Source: Chiloscyllium plagiosum
Taxonomy: Eukaryota
Length of the DNA stretch: 64,000 bases
Reading direction: 5' to 3'
NCBI RefSeq assembly: GCF_004010195.1
Contig: NC_057720.1
Coordinates: 13,533,189 to 13,597,188 of the forward strand
This document shows, one piece after another, positions 12,601 through 24,689 of this stretch (its first letter is position 1; the number at the start of each line of letters is the position of its first letter). A model generated the notes under the pieces. The model was given only the letters and a program-made list of their open reading frames with translations, was not told where the DNA came from and made no database searches. The position numbers were made by a program, and so were the translations under genes.

Positions 12601-14210
12601 ATAACCACCCTATTATTCTTACAGATGGCTGAGATCTCCTTACAAGTTTGTTTTTCAATTTCCCTCTGACTTTTAGGGAGTCTATGATACAATCCCAATA
12701 AGGTGATCAATCCTTTCTTATTTCTCAGTTTCACCCAAATAACTTCCCTGGATGTATTTCCAGGAATATCCTCCCTCAGCCACAGCTGTAATGCTATCCC
12801 TTATCAAAAACGCCACTTCCCCTCCTCTCTTGCCTCCCTTTCTATCCTTCCTGTAGCATTTGTATCCTGGAACATTAAGCTGCCAATCCTGCCCATCCCT
12901 GAGCCACCTCTCTGTAATTGCTATGATATCCCAGTCCCATGTTCCTTACCATGCCCTGAGTTCATCTGCCTTCCCTGTCAGGCCCCTTGCATTGAAATAA
13001 ATGCAGTTTAATTTATTAGTCCTACTTTGTTCTCTGCTTTGTTCCTGGCTGTTTCACTCGGTCCCTTTCCCAACTGTACCAGTCTCAGATTGATCTCTTT
13101 CCTCACTATCTCCTTGAGTCTCACTCCCCCCACCTTTATACTTTAAATCCTCCTGAGCAGTTCTAGAAAATCCCTCTTCCAGTATATTAGTCTCCTTTCA
13201 ATTCAGGTGCAGGTCACTTGTACAGCTCACTTCTACCCCAGAAGAGATTCCAACGATCGAAAAATGTGACTCCTTCTCCCAATCACCAGCTCCTCAGCCA
13301 TGCATTCATCTGCTCTATCCTGCTATTCCTACCTTCACTAGCTCATAGCACCTGGAGTAATCCAAATATTACTACCCTCAAGGACCTTCTTTTGAAATTC
13401 CTGCCTAACTTGCTGTATTCTCGCTTCAGAATCTCATCCTTTTTCCTTCCTATGTTATTAGTTCCTGCTGGCCCCTCTCCCCCTTGAGAACATTCTGCAC
13501 CCTCTCTGAGACATCCTTGATCCTAGCACCAGGGAAGCAACACACCATTCTGACTTTTCGCTGCTGGCCACAGAAATGTCTGTCTGTGTCTCTGACCAGA
13601 AAGTCCCCTATCGCAATTGCTTGGAACCCGACCTACCCCACATTACATTCTCAGTACCAGAAACTTGGCTGTTCATGCTGAAACATTTTCTGAAACAGCA
13701 TACTTGTTTGAAATGGGGATAGCCACAGGAAATTCCTGCACTACCTACCTACTTCTCCTACCTTTTCTGGAGTTAACCCATCTATATGACTGTATCTGCA
13801 GCTTTTCTCCCTTCCTATAGCTGTCATCCATCACATCCCAGCTCTTGTAAATTCCTCATTACCTGTAACTGCTGCTCCAACTGATCCATGTGATCTGATA
13901 TGATTCGCAACCAAAGGCACTTCCTGTAGACAAAATCATCAGTAACATGGAAACTCTCCCTAAACTCCCACATCTGACAGGAAGAGCACATCACTCTATT
14001 AAAGGCCATTTTTGCTCCTTCACAATATACAGACCCAGAAAATAGCCTCGTCTTATTGCTCTAACAAACTGTGCTCCAGGCTAACTTAGTAATTATGGTG
14101 TATGTTTTTAAAATTTAATCAAGAGACAGATCTCAATAAACATATAATCAAGAAAGAGCCCACTCTACTCACTACTGTAGACTTACAGCAAGGTGACATG
14201 CTAAAAACTA
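9697..14210 (-). mobile_element. Near full-length, decayed CR1 LINE (ORF1 with Cys-rich N-terminus and esterase-like domain; ORF2 endonuclease + reverse transcriptase; (tctatgac)n tail)
   Basis: ORF track: 13824-14009 MCSSCQMWE..; 12315-12734 endonuclease-like (VGDCNFPNIDW, LDLLL); 10956-11675 RT (YRPVSLTS, DFSKAFDKV, GVPQGSVLGP, FADDTK); 10486-10800 C-terminus. Broken by stops and frameshifts. Confidence 0.95.
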
Positions 14211-14221
14211 TACACTTCTTG

Positions 14222-14585
14222 AGCAGTGGCATAGTGGTTGTGTTACTCGGCAAGTAGTCCAGAGACTTGGATTCATGGGTTCAAATTCTACCTATCTAGG
14301 GAAATTTAAAAACAGGTCAATAATAGTATTGGTAATGGTGACCATGGATTGTCATTGAAAACCTTTCGGGTTCATTAGCTTCTTTTTCGGGAGGAAATCT
14401 GCAAACCTGCCACGTGAGTCTACATGTCACTCTGGAGTCTCATCAGTCTGGTTATCTCTTAACTGGCCTGTGAAATGACCAAGCAAATAAACCTGTTGGC
14501 AAGAAGGTGGATCACCTACGACATGGTGTTTGGAGATAGGCAATAGATGCTAATCATGTCCATATTCTGTGAAGGCAGTAAAAAG
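14222..14585 (+). mobile_element. Degenerate tRNA-derived SINE (same family as 16790, 31660 and 62058)
   Basis: A-box-like gtggcatagtggt and B-box-like gggttcaaattc; body resembles the better preserved copy at 62058-62515. Confidence 0.65.
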
Positions 14586-14784
14586 TGGATTTCCATATGG
14601 TGTTCGTAAGTGCCACAATATGAATAGTGACAGGACACTATCCCTCCTTTTCAGTGTTGAATATACAATGTTGATGAAGTGAATATATTACAGGTTTACA
14701 AGCTCTGGATTTAGCAAGTCAATAAACGATGATGATAGAGCTGAAACTGATGTTTGCCAGGTTGATATGGATGTATGAACAGGT

Positions 14785-15320
14785 GGTAGGTGAGGAGCAG
14801 GAATAGGCCATTTAGCCCATCAATCCTTGTATGACATTCAGTAGGTCATGGATGATCTGATTTTGGACTCAGCTGTACCCCCTTAACACACGTAGTTTCT
14901 TGACTAGGGTATCATTATAAATCAGCCTTAAAAATACTCAAAGTCCTTCCATCCACTGCTCTCTGAATAAGAGAGTTCAACAGACTCAACCCTCTGATTA
15001 ATATAAATGCTCCTCATCTTTTGTCCTAAATAAGAGGCCCATTACTTTTCAATTATATCCCTCACACATCAGAATACATCCTTTCAACTTCCACCATGTC
15101 AAGTATTCTCAGGCTCTCAAATATTTCAATAAGATCGCCCCTCACTTTTCTACATTTCAATGGATGCAGATCCAACCTGCTCAATCATTCCTCTGAACCC
15201 CTCATCCCAGGTATCAGTTGAGCATTAATTAAACAGCTTTTAAATTAATTGTGTCTGTCCTTGGAAACTTTACACTGTACTCTTGATGTAGTCTCACCAA
15301 TGGCCGTGTATGACCTCAAC
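14785..15320 (-). mobile_element. Old CR1 3' fragment
   Basis: Starts with the gagcaggaataggccatttagccc motif shared with CR1 3' ends at 16342, 57757 and 63772. Confidence 0.65.
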
Positions 15321-16789
15321 AACACTTCACTACTTCCAAATCCATTCTCTTTGCAATAAACAACAATATTCCATTTGCCAGACACCTAGATTGGTGCTTC
15401 CCCATTACATTGGAAATAAATCTCAAATAGCCAACTAGATTTTATAAAACAGGGACTTAATTCAATGAAAGCATTACTGTTAATTCACTGAAAGCATTAC
15501 TGATTAATTCCTATACTTTAACCTCTCTTCAAAGCAATTTATTGCCATGGGAAAAATAAGTAATGGTAGAAAGACTAGAAATGAAAAGCAATTAGAACTC
15601 TTTGGGAGGACAGGGGATACTCACTGTGTTTTCAGAGGAACTGTCTGTGTATTAAAGGTGTTCAGATAATGACAGTATATCGTGTGTCATCTTCTTCCCT
15701 GATGTATTACATGTTTCTTTAATGGAGGAGTTGACCCACTATAACACATCTGTTCAGCAACCCCTGAAATGACCCTCTGGAAAGTGGATAATCCAGACTC
15801 TCTGAAATGTAGCCCTGTTACAAGGCAGCCTATAAAATCCTAATATAAACATCAATGGAACCTGATTTTATAGAGCTCTTGTTATGAAAAACCAGCTTGT
15901 TCTTCTAAAAGCTTTGTTAATTCCTGGAGCTAAAACTTGCTTAGATGAGCTGTCTGGTACAGATGATAATGAGTATAATTTCAACAGCTAGTGGATAGTT
16001 AACATTTTCCCTTTGAATCAAAACATCTCCATTATTTCTACGCAGTCCTCTGTTGTCCTACATAATTTTTCCTGCCATATTGTCCTATTTTTACCTGTAC
16101 CTAATAAATTAAATTACCTGAAAGTTGTATTTCCTCCTTTGCCATTCTACATTGGAATGACTCCTTCTGATACATAGCCAGATAGATTACTATAGTCCAG
16201 AGATTAATCATGTGACATTTAAGTCAGAGTAGATATATTCTCTTGCAGAAAGGAAGATGTCTGCTAAAATTGCATGACGCATGTGTAAATTTCAACTATG
16301 TTGTAGTTCACTGTGTACATTCACTGAGTGCTTCATTTAAACATAGACAATAGGAACAGGAGTAGGCCATTCAGCCCTTCAAGGCTGCTCCATCATTCAA
16401 CATGATCATGTCTGATTATCTAACTCTACCCTGTTCCAGCATTCATCCTGTATGTTTTCCTTTAGCCCTAAGCATTCTATCTTAACACCTTCTTGAAAGA
16501 TTTGGGGTAATGTTTGAATTCCTGTGAATGAGATGGTAACTTCTTCCAGATCCATTAATTTGTCCATTCATTGAGCCTTCAATTTCCTAAAATCTGAAAT
16601 CTTCCTAAGCCTGTCCAACTATCCACCTTTCCTCATTTAAGATGGTTCTTAAGTTTTCCAAGTTTGTAGTCACCTTCCTAGCATCTCCTGATGTTGCTCA
16701 TCGTTTGATGGTCCTGTGACTGTTTAGGCCAATTTACTATGTATAATGTGCTACATAAAAGTTATTGTTGACATTTTTTTATTGAATGT

Positions 16790-17115
16790 GGAGAGATGAT
16801 GGTGTAGTGGTATTATTGTTAGTTATCCTCTGCTAAACCTCTGGGGAACTGAATTTGAATCCCACCATTGCAGATAATGGAATTTGAATTCAATAATAAT
16901 CTGGGGCTAATAATCTACTGATGACCATAAAACCATTTTCGATAGTCAGAAACATCCATCTGATTCACTAATGTCCTTTAGGGAAGGAAACTGACATCTT
17001 TACCTGGTCTGGCATACATGGGACTCCAGACCCACAGCAATGAGATTGACTCTCAACTGCCCTCTGAAATGGCTTAGCAAACCACTCAGTTCAAAGGCAG
17101 CTCGGGACAGACAGA
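16790..17115 (+). mobile_element. tRNA-derived SINE (same family as 62058-62515)
   Basis: gatggtgtagtggt ... cactaatgtcctttagggaaggaaa ... ttacctggtctggc ... actccagacccacagcaat shared between copies. Confidence 0.8.
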
Positions 17116-18254
17116 TATCCCTGGAGGTTTCCCTATTTGCATTTTCTTCCTGAGAGCTTGGTCTCGGGAAGATACCTTCTTGAGTAGGAAAGAAACGTGA
17201 CCATGGTGGAGGTCCATCAAGAAAGTATCTAAGGAGAAACAGCATCTTGGCTTTTTTTGAAGCTTTTAGTACTCCCGAGTTGAGTTTTACATTGCTCTCC
17301 TGAATTCTAATACTTTTGGTTTCCATTGCAATAGTAAAGGTAAAGTCATTATAGTTCAATTCCCTTATTAGAGAGAGATGATTTTTGGTAAGTTTTTAAT
17401 CTAAGGGTCACCACATCTCAGGCAAGGGTGAGATTGCAGAAGGCTGGACCTACCCACAGCTGGTGCAGGAATTAAACCCACACTGTTGGTATCACAAACC
17501 TGCTATCCAGTCACTGTGCTAACTGACCCTCAGTATAATACTCCAAATATGTATCACCTCTTAAGCAAAGCATAGACACATTGATACGAATCTCAAACGT
17601 TCAACTTAGAGTGATAGAAAATGCTGGACAAGTCCATTAGGAGACATCTGTTGTTATTTTAAGAAGCTTTAACTTCTCAATCTACTCCTAAAATGCATTA
17701 GTGGCAATACTGCAGTGAATTATTTTTCATAAATCTGCACTTCATTTTGTTTACTCAATGGCTAGCCTGTGGGCATTGTACATGGTTCTTGGCTGATGCA
17801 GGGTATTGAAGGCCTAATCATGAATTTCCATTTCTGTACAGTTTTTAATGGCAGGCTGAAATATGTATTAATCACCTATTACAATGTAAACAAAAAAAAA
17901 CTGCTCCAAGAAAATACTGGTTTTATGATTCACCAACAGATCACGCTGTGGTTTGGGCTGAAATAATTGTCTGAACTTATTTGTTTTCATCTACGTGACT
18001 AACTGTGAGTGAGAAGTGCTGGGTTCTTGCAAGCTTTCGCCAGTGCCTCTGCATCAAATCTAATATGAGAGGGGAATGGCTAAAATAATTCTGAAACCCA
18101 CTGAAATACCAGAAGGAGTGGTGGGGAAATCTAAAATATCTAAAATAGAATTTGCTTGCTGCTGTCTCTTTTGACTTACTTGTGTGATTTAGATAATTGT
18201 GGTTCAACCCCAAACCAGAGAACTGATACATAAGTGCAGCATCAAAAGATGACA

Positions 18255-18440
18255 CCTTTTAACTGAGGCTTTAAACCAAATCTTGCAACTGACTACAAAG
18301 GATCCCATTGCACTAACTAGAAAGAAAACAAAGAAACTCCTTCTCCCTGAACAATCCTTCAACCAATGTTATTAAAGAAGATGATTTGATTTTACATCAT
18401 TATAATTTGAGTGACTTTGCTATGAGAGAATTGGCTTAAT
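18255..18440 (+). mobile_element. DeuSINE (SacSINE1-like) remnant
   Basis: aaagatcccattgcacta... resembles the DeuSINE central domain; highly diverged. Confidence 0.4.
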
Positions 18441-20671
18441 TTTCAAATAATCACATTTCAAAAGTATTACTACAAAAATACACATTTTATTGAAGACTTG
18501 CAATCCCCAGAACATTTCACAATCGAGTGCAAGGCAAGAAACCTTAACACAATATCGTTGTTCAGCAATGTTCAGGTTCTGTATTACTGAATGCCTATTT
18601 GAAAAGTAGTTAATTGGCTGTCTGGCGCTTTGGAATGTGAAAGGTAATATCTGGATGAAGGTTCCTTCTTCTCTCTTTCAATCTGCTGCATCCCTTCTTT
18701 GCTTGGTCTGAACCAGATGATGGAAGACTGCTTGATGCTGAGCTGAGTTCAGAAAACCTGCTTCCATGTACTTTCACCTCCCCCAACTCACCCCGTTCCC
18801 TGCTGGAACCTTTATCAATGGCTTTTGTTATCTCGAGAACCAACTTGTCCAATGTCTTTCTCGGTGACCTGTCACCACGCCCTTCATGACGGTCCAACTT
18901 GCTCAAAGCTCCTTCACTTGTATCTATGACTGGAGACATGTTCATCTATTGACCTGCTCCTTGCTAGTTAGCAATTAACTTTTAGCCCTCCAATGTGTTT
19001 CAGTTTGAGTTACTTTCATGGTTTTCCACCACCCTATTCACCTTGCCCTCTCAGTATTACATTTCCTCCTGTTTCTGGCTGCATTCCCACAGGAACCTCT
19101 TGCCTAAATCCTTCTGGGATTCTTCTCAAAACTACCCAGCTGCGTTTCCAGTTATGTCCTTTCACTTGTGCCCTTTACTTTGTTTCAGCCTCAGTTATGC
19201 TTTGGGACGTTATATAAATATGTGGCTTTTTTTGTTGTAGAACCGTCAGTCAGTCTGAGATGGTGAGAAGGGTGTTGTAATTAGTCTCAATGCAACTGTG
19301 TTTTTCTCTGTGACACTGTCCTGGACGCCTTGGTGAGGTGTGCAGACCCTGGGAGCAGCAAGGATGTTCTGATGGCTTTCGGTTTAATATTTCCTGGTAC
19401 CCATGTTTAGACTACTAGAGAAAAGTAAGGGGGGGGGGGGAAATTAGTACATTTGAAACAATATCTTAAGATTCCTTCTGACTGGAATAAGTAACAAAAA
19501 TAAGTTGAGTCTCTGATCCCGGCATATAGGCCAGCCAATTTACACAGAAAAGGGAAAAGCTGCTCCTATTGGTCGCAGTGAATCATCCTGAACACGCTTT
19601 TCAAGGATCATCCCTTGTTTTGTGGTAACCTGGTGAGACACCAAGATATAATTGTTTTGTACTGAGGGATAGGAATGGTGTGGAACTGAAAGGGCATTTG
19701 CATCAAATTATTCCATGAAAATCTAAAATGACTGGCTAATTGATGCTTTAATTTTTTACATCTGCCAACAAAGAAAGAATCTAAGTGCTGGTGAAAAACA
19801 TCTGGATTAGTTCTCCTTCTTTCTCCTGCTCCCTCCCCCTCCTTCATATTGGCTTTGGGTTACTCACTCATGGTTATGTGTTTCTTGCTGTCATAACAAC
19901 TATAACTGCTCCCAGCGAGACTATGGTATTTACAGAGATTTAAAACTTTATTTATTTTAGTTGTGTTGGCAATGACTGAGAGCTGACAGAAAATCAATTC
20001 CAACATTTTATTTTGCATTCTGCACACTTGAGAAATTTCAACACCAGTTCTTTACCTAATACTCGAGTTATTTGAAATGATTACAAACAATAGACAGACA
20101 GGAGCAGCTTGTGAGTGAATCCTCTGTGCTCTTAATAAAAAAAACACCTACCTAAGAAGCTGCAGCCAAACAGCTTAAATAAATTTGTTTGAAATAATTT
20201 GCATTTTGCTATGCAGCGGAGCATTGATGAAACCAAATGCGTTCCTTCAGCATCTTCTCAATTCAAAGAGGGAAAGGTGTGATCAGTGCCCAGAGTCAGG
20301 TTCTGATCAATCTAATGGACAATGGTTAAGCTTAGATTTTGTGATGCAGTGGTAAAGTGCCTACCTCTAGACCAGAAGGCCTAGGTTCAAGCCCTGCCTG
20401 ATCCATTGGTGTGTCATAACATCCCTAAAGAGGTTATTTTAAAAATAGCTCAGCTCCTCCCCTCTCCCACCTGAGATGTGATGCTCAAGGATGTCAGAGA
20501 CAGTTATACAGGGGCCTTTCTTCTGTGAATGTGGATGGTCCACCAGTCAGAGAGACTAGAGAAGCTGGGATTGCTCTCCACTGAGCACAGGGTTTGAGCT
20601 ATAGGGAGAGGCTGAATTGGCTGGCAATATTTTTCCTTGGAGCGTCGGAGGTTGAGGGGTGACTGTAACTC

Positions 20672-20941
20672 TATTGAAAAACACATTGACCCCATTTACC
20701 ACCCCCTGAGAAAAAGAACAGGAAATGACATCACCATAGGAAATGACATCACCACAGGACCAACCCAAAGAAACCCAAACATATAAAAAGAAAGCAGGAA
20801 TCATCAGCAGTGCTTCTTTCGGAGGCTCACTGAAGATATTACTTGGTATGGTGATGAAACATCTGAAAATGAGCCTTCCAGTTTATTGAGCAAACTTACA
20901 TCCAGAACCTCAACCTGAGCTACAAATCTTCTCAAAACTCA
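20672..20941 (+). mobile_element. PLE terminal repeat, family C
   Basis: Non-CR1 block inside the CR1, containing a duplicated ggaaatgacatcacca and a hammerhead motif at 20824-20875. Confidence 0.65.
20824..20875 (+). ncRNA. Minimal type-I hammerhead ribozyme motif, family C
   Basis: GGCTCA-CTGAAGA-T-ATTAC(TTGGTATG)GTGAT-GAAA-CATC-TGA...TGAGCC. Core intact; 5-bp stem II with one G.U; helix III ACAT probably from ACGT by CpG decay. Confidence 0.7.
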
Positions 20942-21359
20942 CAATCATGAGGGACATGGATAGGTTGAATAGTCAAGGTCTTTTCCCCAGGCTAGGGGAA
21001 TCTAAAACTAGAAAGCATAGGTTTAGGTGAGAAGAAAAAGATTTAAAAGAAGTCTAAGGGGCAACTTTTTCGTGTAGAGGGTGGTGCGTGCATGGACTGA
21101 ACTGCCAGAGGAAGTGGTGGAGGTTGGTACAATTACAACATTTAAAAGGCATCTGGATGAGTATATGAAAAGGAAGGGTTTAGAGGGATATGGGCCAAAT
21201 GCTGGCAAGAAGGTTAATTTAGGATATCTGGTCAGTATGGACAGTTGGATCGAAGGGTCTGTTTCTGTGATGTACAGCTCTATGACTCTAATACTGAACT
21301 TCATCACTAATCGCTAACCTTTACTGGAGACAAAGGAGTATTCTGAAATTATTTTCTCA

Positions 21360-21682
21360 TGGGTTTGAGCACCACTACATAAGCAGCATTTGTTTGATTA
21401 TTCTTGCATGGGCATCACTGATGAGGCTAGCCCATCCTTAATTACCCTTAAACTAAGCAGTCTCCTACGCCATTTTATAGGCCATTATGGCTGGAGTCAC
21501 ATATAGGCCAAACCAAGGAAATTTCCATCCCTAAAATTTCAAGGAACAAAATGGGTTTTTACAATGAATGGTATTTTCACACTTCACAATTTTTTTTTGT
21601 TTAAATCTCAGATTTAATTGAACTCAAATTTCACCATCCACTGTGGTGGGATTCTAGGGCTTTAGGTTACTAGTCTCGTGAC
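21360..21682 (-). mobile_element. Degenerate SINE (continues at 22314-22335 after the PLE insertion)
   Basis: Reverse complement resembles the SINE at 62058-62515 (ggagtcacat.taggcca.acca; cccatccttaatt.ccctt). Confidence 0.55.
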
Positions 21683-21690
21683 TCCACTAT

Positions 21691-21725
21691 CACCTGATGA
21701 AGGAGCAACGCTCTGAAAGCTAGTG
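21691..21725 (+). ncRNA. Minimal type-I hammerhead ribozyme motif, family B
   Basis: CAC-CTGATGA-A-GGAGC(AAC)GCTCT-GAAA-GCTA-GTG. Stem I CAC/GTG; palindromic helix III AGCT; predicted cleavage after A21722. Confidence 0.85.
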
Positions 21726-22188
21726 TACTCACTACACACACACACATACTCTCTCTCTCACACTCACAACCCCCAACCCAGACAGACAGACAGACAAAGA
21801 CCCACATGCACACATATATTTTGTGGGATGAATTTGTACTTGGAGAGTTAGATTGTACTTTGCTCAAAAACTGCATGAATTCATGTAAAACTCCGTTATC
21901 TCACTTTTTAGATTAGAATCAATCTAAACATCATGGCATAGAACACAGGGGGCTAACACCTTCAACATATTGTCTAGCTATCACCATTGTTAACAGCTAA
22001 CCTGAGAATGCAACTTTTAAAAAAAAGGTTTTGTGATTTACACATGAAAGAAGTGAAACTATCATGGTATTCAAACAGATGAAAGAGTCAATAGACAATC
22101 AAGGTATTTTTCAATGTATAATTTCAGTTACATCACACTGTAAATTTTTGCTATAAATTCTGTGTTTTAGGATTGAATCCTTCACTAC

Positions 22189-22223
22189 CACCTGATGAAG
22201 GAGCGTCACTCTGAAAGCTAGTG
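22189..22223 (+). ncRNA. Minimal type-I hammerhead ribozyme motif, family B
   Basis: CAC-CTGATGA-A-GGAG(CGTCA)CTCT-GAAA-GCTA-GTG; predicted cleavage after A22220. Confidence 0.8.
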
Positions 22224-22656
22224 TGCTTCCAATTAAACCTGTTGGACTATAACCTGGTGTTGTGTGATTTCTAACTTTGTACACCCCTGTCCAACACCGG
22301 CATCTCCAAATCATAGTCTAGTGACAACCACTACATTTCACATTTAAACATCTTCCTAACCAACCTATTCTCAATGTTATCGCCTCCCTCTGAAGCATTT
22401 GGGGTCTTGAACTGAGGCCTTCCAGCTCAAAGACAGTTACACTACCACTGCACCATGATAGCCCATCAGTAAACTTGGATACACTACCCATCTCTTTATT
22501 GATTTGTTTTAAACCTCTTCAGACATGTTGTAAAAAATCTCTGGAGCACATGGAATTTGAAATTGGGCCTCCTGACACAGAGGCAGAGACACTACCATTG
22601 TGCCACAAGAGCACTATATTTCTGCTTTAATCAATTAAATTTAACTTCCACCAGTA

Positions 22657-23980
22657 CCTGATCAGGTGTACCCGAGAACTCTGTGGGAAGCTGGAGAAGT
22701 GATTGCTGGGCCTCTTGCTGAGATATTTGTATCATCGATAGTCACAGGTGAGGTGCTGGAAGACTGGAGGTTGGCAAACGTGGTGCCACTGTTTAAGAAG
22801 GGCAGTAAAGACAAGCCAGGGAACTATACACCGGTGAGCCTGACCTCGGTGGTGGGCAAGTTGTTGGAAGGAATCCTGAGGGACATGATGTAAATGTATT
22901 TGGAAAGGCAAGGACTGATTCGGGATAGTCAACATGGCTTTGTGCGTGGGAAATCATGTCTCACAAACTTGATTCAGTTTTTTGAAGAAGTAACAAAGAG
23001 GATTGATGAGGGCAGTAGATGTGATCTATATGGACTTCAGTAAGGCGTTCAACAAGTTTCCCCATGGGAGACTGATTAGCATGGTTAGATCTCATGGAAT
23101 ACAGGGAGAACTAGCCATTTGGATGCAGAACTGGCACAAAGGTAGAAGACAGAGGGTGGTGGTGGAGGGTTGTTTTTCAGACTGGAGGCCTGTGACCAGT
23201 GGAGTGCCACTGGATCGGTGCTGGGCCCTCTACCTTTTGTCATTTACATAAATGATTTGGATGCGAGCATAAGAGGTACGGTTAGTAAGTTTGCAGATGA
23301 CACCAAAATTGGAGATGTAGTGGACAGCGAAGAGAGTTACCTCAGATTACAACAGGATCTGGACCAGATGGGCCAATGGGCTGAGAAATAGCAGATGAAG
23401 TTTAATTCAGATAAATGCGAGGTACTACATTTTGGGAAAGCAAATCTTAGCAGGACTTATACACTTAATGGTAAGGTCCAGGGAAGTGTTGCTGAACAAA
23501 GAGACCTTGGAGTGCAGGTTCATAGCTCCAGAATGAGCTGCCAGAAGAAGTGATGGAGGCTGGTACAATTGCAGAATTTAAGAGGCATTTGGATGGGTAT
23601 ATGAATAGGAAGGGTTTGAAGGGATATAGGCTGGGTGCTGGCAGGTGGGACTAGATTGGGTTGGGATATCTGGTCAGCATGGACGGGATGGACCGAAGGG
23701 TCTGTTTCCATGCTGTACATCTCTATGACTCTATGTGCCATAGTGGGATTTGAACTAACTTATTATAGTTCCTTGAAAGTGGAGTCGCAGGTAGACGGGG
23801 TGATGAAGAATGTGTTTGGTATGCTTGCCTTTATTAGTTAGTGCATTGAGTATAGGAGTTGGGAGGTCATGTTCTGGCTGTATAGGACACTGGTTAAGCT
23901 ACTTTTGGAATATTGCATTCAATTCTGGTCTCCCTTCTACAGGAAAGATATTGTTAAACTTGAAAGGTTTCAGAAAAGAT
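22657..23980 (+). mobile_element. CR1 ORF2 RT fragment (decayed), with a nested CR1 3' tail at ~23530-23735
   Basis: ORFs 22666-22893, 23003-23251 and 23170-23391 (DFSKAF, FADDTK) are near-identical in peptide to the CR1 at 10956-11675. Confidence 0.93.
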
Positions 23981-24689
23981 AACTTCAAAAACTGTAATTT
24001 TAATAAGGAATAAACAAATCAGTTTCCTTATGGGAGGAGAGACTAGCTGGTCTAACAATTCACTTCTTCCGTCTTATTCCATTGGTTTTGATTCTGTCCT
24101 CCTTCTTGAAAGGGCCCTGCACAACTGATTAGTGTGTAATGAGGTAGGCGTCATAAGGGGTCTCATAGTTGAAGATCCTGTAGTGGGCAGTGATTGGGGA
24201 GGCGAGATCATTGAAAACATTTGAAGAGGAGTTTAAAAGATTTTTGAAATGTTGGGAAGATGAGAGGCATAAGGAGCTTGCATGAAAGAGGAATTGAGGC
24301 ACATGTTATTGAACGACGGAGCAGGCTTGAGGGATTGAATGGTCCACTCTTGTTCCTGTTTCATAGGACCTATGGATTGCTGCATTCCCTCAATGCTGCA
24401 CTGAAGTCAGACTAGGTTCGGAGCAGATGAACTCTCAAAGAATCTGAGTAAAGCTCTGCGACATTATCATACCAAATTCCTCCAGCAATATGTCCTGGCT
24501 GCAACACAGTTCAAATAATATTGAATTTGGTAATGAGTATTGAGCCAGATTTAATAACCTAATTGAGGATTAACATTTATCAAACAGCGATGATAATGTT
24601 GCGCTTGAAAGTGAAAAGCTTAAACTTATCTTTTGGACTGATAAAGGATGGATCAGCATACTCTCCAGATGGTTTGAAGTTCAATACAG

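Larger units (their letters stand above)
20570..21290 (+). mobile_element. CR1 3' end, interrupted by a PLE insertion at ~20672-20941
   Basis: CR1 ORF2 C-terminus (VRAWTELPEEVVEVGTITTFKRHLDEYM) and ctctatgactcta tail at ~21278-21290. Confidence 0.9.
21683..22313 (+). mobile_element. Non-coding PLE family B insertion with two tandem hammerheads and a 12-bp TSD
   Basis: TSD tagtctcgtgac (21671-21682) / tagtctagtgac (22314-22325). The interior 21780-22170 matches the 3' UTR of the GIY-YIG-encoding element at 60502-61814. Confidence 0.9.

Noticed and set aside
18610..18945. 111-aa Ser-rich minus-strand ORF
   Set aside because: No recognisable homology or supporting exon structure; cannot be supported from sequence alone.
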